Origin: Haliotis rufescens
Taxonomy: Eukaryota
Length of the DNA: 64,000 bases
NCBI RefSeq assembly: GCF_023055435.1
Contig: NW_025964257.1
Coordinates: 2,356,001-2,420,000 of the forward strand
Reading direction: 5' to 3'
The notes under the pieces are model-generated. The model made no database searches and was not told the DNA's origin. It worked only from the letters and a program-made list of their open reading frames with translations. Below are positions 25,682 to 36,300 of the stretch, piece by piece (the stretch's first letter is position 1; the number at the start of each line of letters is the position of its first letter). Both the position numbers and the translations under genes were made by a program.

Positions 25682-27337
25682 GATTGACGCAGCTATATTT
25701 AGATACGCTTGAACGAGTTTGTAGCGAGTGCAATGGACATTACTTCCGTGTTGAGCTATCCGGCCAGACACCATGACTGCCGCGACGATATCTAATTGAC
25801 AACTTGAAGTCTCTGCTGGTATGTGTATCGATATATATTTTACCTTTTCACATGACATAAGATTTGTCAATGTTTACTTGAATCACTATGTTGAGCATGC
25901 AAACTGGACGCTTCTTCTGTATGAACTAATGTATTGAATAAGTCACCCGCAATATCTCACTGTACTCGAGTACTTTGACACGGCCTCTGAGTGTACATAT
26001 ATATGTGTCGCCTGTGTATGAGATATTTATACTTGAAGGGTATAACACATATCTTTACAGGAAATATCTAGTTGGTAAAATTCGATTCTCCTTTGGGGTC
26101 TTTGTTGTCTATACAGAGTGGTGTCCCTTAGTCCTGAATACGACAGTCGCACATACACGTTTGCACGGGAATCTTAGTGTGTAAATATATACATGTACTT
26201 ATGATGTGAACGCAGAAAATGCAAATGTACATGGGCTATGACTCTTGATATTCATTGTATTATTAGTTATTGATACATTGTACATACAAATATTGAAGCA
26301 GGGGAAATATTGTCTATAGCTACCTTATGTTTTTGTCAAGGCGAAATTATTCAGTTTTGGGTTTTTCTTTCGCGGCGGAAAATGATAAAGTTATTGACAA
26401 AGATATTCAACACTATCCTTGATCATACGGATGTTTGTATACCAGTCTTTGTTCCACAACTGATATTTACACATTATCAGGTTGACTGTATTTCTCTCAG
26501 TCATGGGTCTGCCTTTTGGGCTGAGGTGTTACTATTGTTTTTTCTCAGCACCATGTCCTTGCTCTTAGAGCGGGCTTCAGCTGTGATACAACCAAAAAAC
26601 TGTTCAAACCAGATAAATCTATATAAAAATGTCATGAGAACACAAAACATGCGTAGATATGGCAATGATGACAACATTGATGCTTATTTTAGTCGGGTAA
26701 ACAAGGTGACCAACAATTATACTATCTTGTACGTGCATGTGTGCTTGTGTGCGCCTGTGCGCCTGTGTGTCTGTGTGTGTGAGTGAGTGTGTGGGTGTGC
26801 GTGTGTGTGTGTTTGTGTGTATGAATAGCAGCTTTTTGTGTGAAACATATTTTTATTTTCCATAACAAAAGTACAATTTAACACCAAAATCACACTTACG
26901 ACATAAAACAGCTGGTAAGTAGACGTGTCATTCTACACCCATACAGGTGAGGATGTGGGCTTATAATAGGGTTATTGGAAAAATATAGCGAAGTGCATGT
27001 ACGTGCGCGTGTGTGTATGAAAAGCAGCGTTCTGTGTGAAATATGCATTTATTTTCATGAGAAAATAACAGTTTATCACTACTATCACACACACTATGTG
27101 CGCGTCTTTGGATGCAATAATCCGAACTAATGCCGGTTTAATTGTTCTACCCCACTGAGGTGCCATGCCGCAGTTTAAGATGACTATTCTACACAGACAC
27201 AGTATACTGTCCGACAAGTCCTTGTTTTATCCCCTTAATGCAGAGCATAGTTTATGGACACTCAGGACAGTCTCTAAATAAATGACAAACAATTAATCTT
27301 AATTCCAGATCTCGGCGAGGTGCCAGACAACAGCATA

Positions 27338-27377
27338 ATGAAGATAGCTCCTGCTGCTCTGCTTTATGTCATTGCAG
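27338..27377 (+). CDS. Gene C signal-peptide exon
   Basis: MKIAPAALLYVIA, then G|gtgcgt (phase 1). Confidence 0.75.
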
Positions 27378-30300
27378 GTGCGTCATGTGCAGTGATTGTA
27401 TATGTTTACTTATTAACTTGTTCTTCTGTGCGACATGGGTACAATGTGTGAAGCCCATTTCTGGTGTCCCCCGCCGTGATATTGCTGAAATATTGCTAAA
27501 AGCGGGTAAAACCATACTCACTCACTAACTATTCTTCTGTGTAGTGATGATTGACGATTTAGCAGTATTTACATCAGATAAGAGAAGATCTTGTTTATGC
27601 ATCACAAAAGGTCAAACAGACAGAACATGACTCCACTTGGTGTAATGTACGGTCATACCACATGCTACATGCTACATATCTTCTTCCTGCAGGTGTTGTA
27701 TCAGGTGCCCCCAGTGCCAGTCCAGTGTTGTCTGCAGTGTCTGACACAGCCAGGTTCAGCTGGGAGATTCCACAGGGAGGGCTGGGGCCAGACAGTAGTT
27801 TCTACACTGTCACTCCTGCTGGTGTCACTGTGTTCATAGTGTTTAGTGATGGGACGTTCATCCCACTCCCCAGCTACAGAGACAGACTTGTGTACCAGGG
27901 GAACACAACGCCCAGGAATGTCACCTTCACCCTCAGCAACATCCAGACATCTGATGCAGGGACATACACGTGTGGGAATGGAGGGACTACTATCGTGATA
28001 CAGAACTGTGGACAGAAACTTGTTGTTCTTGGTGAGTGGCTATTTAACCAGTTGCTGTTTGGTGTGCGATGAAAATAGATTAGCCCTCTGAATATTCAGA
28101 AACATATTCAGAGGAAAGATAAAATGCATGTATAATCTTGACTACATGTATGTGTTTGATCACACCTGTCTAACAATGTAACATGATCAAAATCGTTGAA
28201 AAATATTTTTAGACTTCCTTCTGCTAACAAGGACTATCTGTCAATCTAACCGATTATCAAATTCATATTTTTCAAACTTTACTCATCCATTATTCCTGGA
28301 ATTCTATATACGTACATAGGTATGTAAATCCATGAAAACATATCACTAACTTATGTTTGCTTCCATCAGTAATAAAAAATCTAAATGACAGTGAGGTACT
28401 ACTCAGGGATACAGTTGATGTATGTTTGTATTTAACTTGCCGTGAATCTACGTCAAACTATCTTGTCTAGATATTGGTGGATCACAATACATTGTTCATC
28501 TCAGATCAGCAAGATAAGAACTCGTTTACGCTGAACACTACGGTACCACACAAACAATGTTTTAGGGCATTGAAATCCTTATTTTAATAAAAATACATCC
28601 ACTAGAACATTTGTAAACTTAAACAACATTTCATCATGTACTTTTCGACAGGGCGTGTCCTGATCATGAGACGAGACGTCACAACATCAGATCTCGAACA
28701 CAAACTCGCCAATTGATGAAAACAAACTGAGTGTAGTGAGTGAGTGAACACTATTGATGTGGGATGACATCTTTCCCACTTTTGTGAAATCCACGAGGAC
28801 ATGTGTGCTGCCATCAAACAGAGAATCATAAACAGGGTGAATCGTGGATTCGAACCCACGATCATCTCTTCTAGCACGCCTGGATGGCGTCAGCCTGAAA
28901 GAGAATTGTGTTCCTGGTATCTAATGAGTCTCATTGTGTATGACCCTGACAGAGAATTGTGTTCCTGGTATCTAATGAGTCTCATTGTGTATGACCCTGA
29001 CAGAGAATTGTGTTCCTGGTATCTAATGAGTCTCATTGTGTATGACCCTGACAGAGAATTGTGTCCCTTGTATCTAATGAGTCTCATTGTGTATGACCCT
29101 GACAGAGAATTGTGTCCCTGGTATATAATGAGTCTCATTGTGTATGACCCTGACAGAGAAATGTGTCCCTTGTATCTAATGAGTCTCATTGTGTATGACC
29201 CTGACAGAGAATTGTGTCCCTGGTATCTAATGAGTCTCATTGTGTATGACCCTGACAGAGAAATGTGTCCCTGGTATCTAATGAGTCTCATTGTGTATGA
29301 CCCTGACAGAGAATTGTGTCCCTTGTATCTAATGAGTCTCATTGTGTATGACCCTGACAGAGAAATGTGTCCCTTGTATCTAATGAGTCTCATTGTGTAT
29401 GACCCTGACAGAGAAATGTGTCCCTGGTATCTAATGAGTCACATTGTGTATGACCCTGACAGAGAATTGTATCCCTTGTATCTAATGAGTCTCATTGTGT
29501 ATGACCCTGACAGAGAATTGTGTCCCTTGTATCTAATGAGTCTCATTGTGTATGACCCTGACAGAGAATTGTGTCCCTGGTATCTAATGAGTCTCATTGT
29601 GTATGACCCTGACAGAGAAATGTGTCCATGGTATCTAATGAGTCTCATTGTGTATGACCCTGACAGAGAAATGTGTCCCTGGTATCTAATGAGTCTCATT
29701 GTGTATGACCCTGACAGAGAATTGTGTCCCTTGTATCTAATGAGTCTCATTGTGTATGACCCTGACAGAGAATTGTGTCCCTGGTATATAATGAGTCTCA
29801 TTGTGTATGACCCTGACAGAGAAATGTGTCCCTGGTATCTAATGAGTCTCATTGTGTATGACCCTGACAGAGAATTGTGTCCCTTGTATCTAATGAGTCT
29901 CATTGTGTATGACCCTGACAGAGAAATGTGTCCATGGTATCTAATGAGTCTCATTGTGTATGACCCTGACAGAGAATTGTGTCCCTGGTATCTAATGAGT
30001 CTCATTGTGTATGACCCTGACAGAGAATTGTGTCCCTGGTATCTAATGAGTCTCATTGTGTATGACCCTGACAGAGAATTGTGTCCCTTGTATCTAATGA
30101 GTCTCATTGTGTATGACCCTGACAGAGAATTGTGTCCCTGGTATATAATGAGTCTCATTGTGTATGACCCTGACAGAGAACTGTGTCCCTGGTATCTAAT
30201 GAGTCTCATTGTGTATGACCCTGACAGAGAAATGTGTCCCTGGTATCTAATGAGTCTCATTGTGTATGACCCTGACAGAGAATTGTGTCCCTGGTATCTA

Positions 30301-33300
30301 ATGAGTCTCATTGTGTATGACCCTGACAGAGAATCGTGTCCCTGGTATCTAATGAGTCTCATTGTGTATGACCCTGACAGAGAATTGTGTCCCTGGTATA
30401 TAATGAGTCTCATTGTGTATGACCCTGACAGAGAAATGTGTCCCTGGTATATAATGAGTCTCATTGTGTATGACCCTGACAGAGAATTGTGTCCCTGGTA
30501 TATAATGAGTCTCATTGTGTATGACCCTGACAGAGAATTGTGTCCCTGGTATCTAATGAGTCTCATTGTGTATGACCCTGACAGAGAATTGTGTCCCTGG
30601 TATATAATGAGTCTCATTGTGTATGACCCTGACAGAGAAATGTGTCCCTGGTATATAATGAGTCTCATTGTGTATGACCCTGACAGAGAAATGTGTCCCT
30701 GGTATCTAATGAGTCTCATTGTGTATGACCCTGACAGAGAATTGTGTCCCTGGTATCTAATGAGTCTCATTGTGTATGACCCTGACAGAGAAATGTGTCC
30801 CTTGTGTCTAATGAGTCTCATTGTGTATGACCCTGACAGAGAAATGTGTCCCTGGTATCTAATGAGTCTCATTGTGTATGACCCTGACAGAGAATTGTGT
30901 TCCTTGTATCTAATGAGTCTCATTGTGTATGACCCTGACAGAGAAATGTGTCCCTTGTATCTAATGAGTCTCATTGTGTATGACCCTGACAGAGAATTGT
31001 GTTCCTTGTATCTAATGAGTCTCATTGCGTATGACCCTGACAGAGAAATGTGTCCCTGGTATCTAATGAGTCTCATTGTGTATGACCCTGACAGAGAATT
31101 GTGTCCCTTGTATCTAATGAGTCTCATTGTGTATGACCCTGACAGAGAATTGTGTCCCTTGTATCTAATGAGTCTCATTTTGTATGACCCTGACAGAGAA
31201 ATGTGTCCCTGGTATCTAATGAGTCTCATTGTGTATGACCCTGACAGAGAATTGTGTCCCTTGTATCTAATGAGTCTCATTGTGTATGACCCTGACAGAG
31301 AAATGTGTCCCTGGTATCTAATGAGTCGCATTGTGTATGACGCCTAGTTGGCGTCACCCTGACAGAGAATTGTGCCCTTTGTATCTAGTGACCAATATGC
31401 CCTGCGCTGATGACGACACGGTTTATTTACATCATGGTAATCACTTTGGGACGCGAATTGCACCGTTATAGATGAAATGGGCATCTCGAACCCGTAAATT
31501 TCTGCAGTTCAAGTTAAAGTTGTAATAGTCAGCCTTTTTACGAATAGGAGGGGATGCAGTTTGTGGTTGGGCAATTCACGTTTAAAAATCATAACACGTC
31601 AACGAGACAATACAGCTCGAGGAAGACCGGGGTTTGGCTCTCCAATTGGATGAAATATGAGAAGCCCATTTTTATTACGCCCTTGGTGTTGTTAGAGTTA
31701 TATTACTTAAGTAAGCACACAAACACTCACTTGCGCATTCACCCACTAATTCACTCACTATAGATCTCTTATTTATATATTAAACCGTAAGAACAATGCT
31801 TCTAAATTCTAAATTCTAAATGATCTCTTTCAAAAGGCAAGCCGACAACACCTGTCCGTCCAGTGTCAACAACTCCAGTGTACAACCAGCAAGTGACCTT
31901 GACCTGCAGCTCCACCTCTACCACTGTCCCAGCTGACCATGGCCTGACCTTGACCTACATCTGGCAGCGTGACAGAACTCACATCACAGTAACCTCCCCT
32001 GGTTCCCCCTACACCTTCAGAGTGAGTTCCCGGGACAGTCACAGCTACAGATGCAGAGCCAGAGAAAGTCAGGGTCTGGAGTCAGAGTGGAGCCAGGGGT
32101 ACAACATGGAGCCTCAGTGTGAGTACAGCCCACACATTACCGAATCCCGTAATGCTCAATCATGGTTAGCCAAACTAATAATAATAAAACATAATTAGTA
32201 ACATTAAAAACTGCTTTTTTCGACGAAACTGGAAGGGAGTGCCAATGACGTTTTGTTAGTTATATAAGGCTGTTCGCATTCCATTGGTAGCTCAGGGATC
32301 TACTAAATTAATTTGTTTCTCACCCACAGGTAAAAAATCATTATGGGTCTATTCTTGGTCGACAGCTGATCAATTCGATTGGGTGCTGATCGCTGGAACG
32401 TAGGCGTCAGTAGCACATTGCAAATAAACACAAAGTTCACCCAGCTAACAGACGGATGACCTACTCTTAACATTCACGAAAGTAGACATAAAATGCAGTC
32501 ATTTCAAAATTCCCGGTATTATTGACATATGTATTTGAATTTGTCCTTGGGTTTTTGCAGTCGACTATATATGATCTTTAGCAGGACATGAGAACACATA
32601 GGCTTGAAATGGAGAGGTACACGGACACGATTTAATGCAGTATTACAAGTATTGTTGCAACATAACGCTTCAGAGCATCACCAATAAACAAAACTTTAGC
32701 GTCAAACCATCATCACACCATTCAACAAACTTACTTCTTTGAACTTAACTTTGCAAATAAGAGTAGCCCCTATGGACAAAATGGACGGCTAGAAATGTCA
32801 ACCGATGCAATCCCCAGTCTTAGCGCACCATTAATCACAATCAGTTCCTTTACTTATGAGAAAGCTTCTGTGGTCCAATGGACAGAACGCCCGCCAGAGA
32901 TCGGAAGGTCGTTCCATTCCCGAACGCGCCCCACCAAAATACGCTACAAAATAGAACTTGTTCTTACCACGCCTGACGCTCGGCATTAAGAGGCTCAAAC
33001 AAGGACTGGTCGGCTCAGGGTCGGTATACTGTGTCTGAGTGGAGTATTCTTCTTAAATTGCAGCATCTCAGTGGGCTAGCGCTATACACACTGCATTTGT
33101 CCGGACTAGTTCAACCAGACACACACACACACACACATGTGCCTTCACGTCATTATAGTGCAATAGTCCTCAAACCACGTTTCACCTCACCTCATAACTT
33201 ATAAACTACCTGCTGACTCGTGTAAAATCGCACAGGCAACATGACAAAAGTGACTGATTGATGCCTCGATCGTGTCTCGGGGACTCCTCGCATACACATA

Positions 33301-36300
33301 ACCGAGTTTGATACCATGCGTCTATATTTTCCTGTTGACTGGTGGTGTTAGTGTTGATGATATTATTAAGTTATTACAGAATCTGCAACTTATCATTTCT
33401 TGCCGTCGACCTCTGAGAAAGCTGAGCACTACACATTTCTAGGCTATACTTTTTGTTTTCATTTTGTTATAATTAAATTTTCGTTGTGTTCATGGAAATT
33501 CCTGCATTTTGATTAGCTGAATTGGTCACGTGTTATTGCATTCATTTCCCAATGAATGTAAAAAATTAAGCCACGCCCACCGCGGCGCACTACTTTTATT
33601 ACTTCGGAATGTCGGGGAATCCCAATATTACAGTCGAGGGAATTCCCTTTCTGCTCACGTGTATCGTCATGCACAGGACATTTAGCGACTTTCATGCATA
33701 TTCATTTTCCAAACAACCCTTTGAAACCGAAGGCCGAAAACGAATGAAACAGCAAACGTGCAGGCTCTCTCGCCTGTTTTTGTCCCCGCTCGTCTCGGTT
33801 CAACTTTCATGTCTTCGGGTTTCATTTCTAACTAGCATTTCTCTAACTGAGTTTTACCGTAATCAGGAAGTAATGTTTGAATCACGCAGTAAATGACCAT
33901 GTTATTTGAAACAGCCGCCTTCTCTCGGTCGACATATTTCTTCCGGTTCGTTACAGTCTGACTGTTGCAGTTCTTTTTGCCTCTTGCCTTAATTGACAGG
34001 TCTAATGAACATTGTTTTAATCCCACTCTCCGTTGATTGGCTACTGACTGTGTAGGCGTGTCAAGTTATGTGCATAAATTAAACGATCACCTGATTCATG
34101 TCACGCCACTGTATATATTCCTACACCTGGAATGTTTATCAATGTCGTCATTTTTGTCTGTTTTGATATATGCAACTGTTTTGGGTTAAACTATTGTAGA
34201 TAAAACATGTTTAACGTTGTCGAATTTAATTATAAGCATTGACCGTATATTTTTTTCGGTTCATTGAGGTATGAATCGAAAAACCGACGTGCAAACTTTT
34301 GTAAGAATCCGCTACGCGGATTCATACAGTTTGCACATCGGTTTTTCGATTCATACCTCAATGAACCGAAAAAAATACACAGTCAATCCTTAATTCAAAG
34401 TAATTTTATGAATATCATCAACTCATCATTGTTTTCCACATGTGTGTTATTAGAGGTATAATTATATCTTTTATCACGGTATCAGTGTCTCAGTGCCATG
34501 TATTCCAGACGGGCCCTACCAGATCTCCCTGACCCCCTCCATCTCCTCCTACACTGTGACAGAACACCAAGCTCTTCCATCAATCACGTGCTCCGCCATC
34601 TGTAGACCCGGATGTACCTACAGATGGTTTCACAATGGAACAGCCTTCAGCAGTGGAGCCGTGCTCCAGGGACAAGCTGACAGATCTAAGACAGGCTCCT
34701 ACAGATGTCAGCCTTCCAACACACACGGGAGTGGTGACAGTGTTACAGTCAGTGTCGATGTTCAGTGTAAGTATATAGTCCACACTGGTGACAGTGTTTC
34801 AGTCAGTGTCGATGTTCAGTGTAAGTATATAGTCTACACTGGTGACAGTGTTACAGTCAGTGTTGATGTTCAGTGTAAGTATATAGTCTACACTGGTGAC
34901 AGTGTTTCAGTCAGTGTCGATGTTCAGTGTAAGTATATTGTCTACACTGGTGACAGTGTCACAGTCAGTGTTGATGTTCAGTGTAAGTATATTGTCTACA
35001 CTGGTGACAGTGTCACAGTCAGTGTTGATGTTCAGTGTAAGTATATAGTCTACACTGGTGACAGTGTTACAGTCAGTGTCGATGTTCAGTGTAAGTATAT
35101 AGTCTACACTGGTGACAGTGTTAAAGTCAGTGTTGATGTTCAGTGTAAGTGTATAGTCTACACTGGTGACAGTGTTACAGTCAGTGTTGATGATCAGTGT
35201 AAGTATAAAGTCTACACTGATGACAATTTTACAGTCAGTGTTGATGTTCAATGTAAGTTTATAGTCGATAGCGTCAATGTTCAGTTTTAAGTTTAGCACG
35301 CTATACTCATGGCATTTGTGTTTGGCGTCTTTCTAGGTTAATATTGTGGATAAACGTATATGTTCTTAAGCACTCTCTTTAAAAAATACCTGTGTTAGCG
35401 CATGCGCTAACTGTCACACATTTACTATGGTATACTCTTCAAGCAAGTCCCATGTACAGCCAATACCTTCCGTGACAAAGATACAACGAGTTATATTTAT
35501 TTTTTCAGACCCAGCAACTGTAATCATGTTCACCGTCAACTCACTCAGCGGTACATTGGCAGTTAACGAGTCTGATCCGGTGACGTTACGATGCCAGGTT
35601 GATAGTAACCCAAGGTCAGTCATCAGATTACTGAATGGAACTGAGGAGTTGACAAGGGCAGATAACTCCATGACAGCAGAATATAGACTGGCGTCAGCAG
35701 ACTGTCGACAAAGAGGGAACTACTCCTGTACTGCCACTAACAACATCGGGGCACCTGTCAGCCAGAGGGTGGAGTTGCTGGTCAAATGTAATCTGTTTGG
35801 ATATTCTATACGGATGGTAGTATTGATGGTTTATGTCGCAACTTTGTCTATGATAATAACACTGTTGAGTAAATGGCCGGCCCTCGGTATGCATGCATAC
35901 TTGTGTTATCATGTCTCTAATGTTGATACTGCAAAGTTGAAGTAACAACGAAAGGCTCCTGATAAATAATTCTAAATACTCCATACATTTAGTCTTCATA
36001 ATACTAAACGGAGATTATTTGTTCCAGAGCCATTGCATATGTTGTCTACATTTAACTAGGTTCTCCTCGACTTGATGAGACAGCTGTCAAGCAACTCAAA
36101 TACGCCTCTAGACTGGGTGGTAACGTGAACGTGTCTGTGTCAGTCCTGGCCTACCCCCTTCCTACATTCACCTGGAGTAGAACCACCAGCACCAGCCAGG
36201 ACCTCACTGGTTCCTCCATCCCTGTCTCCGCCATCTCGGTCACTGCCAGACTACACCTTACTAACCTCCAACAGCAGGACTTCGGGGACTACAGTCTCAC

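Noticed and set aside
25524-25712. ORF with THSL repeats and the many other short track ORFs
   Set aside because: Translations of microsatellite, SINE or AT-rich intronic sequence, with no splice or homology support.
28801-31347. 848-aa (+) and 630/167-aa (-) repetitive ORFs; CRISPR-like regularity
   Set aside because: By-product of a stop-free 51-bp unit inside an intron. There are no unique spacers and no cas genes, and the context is eukaryotic.
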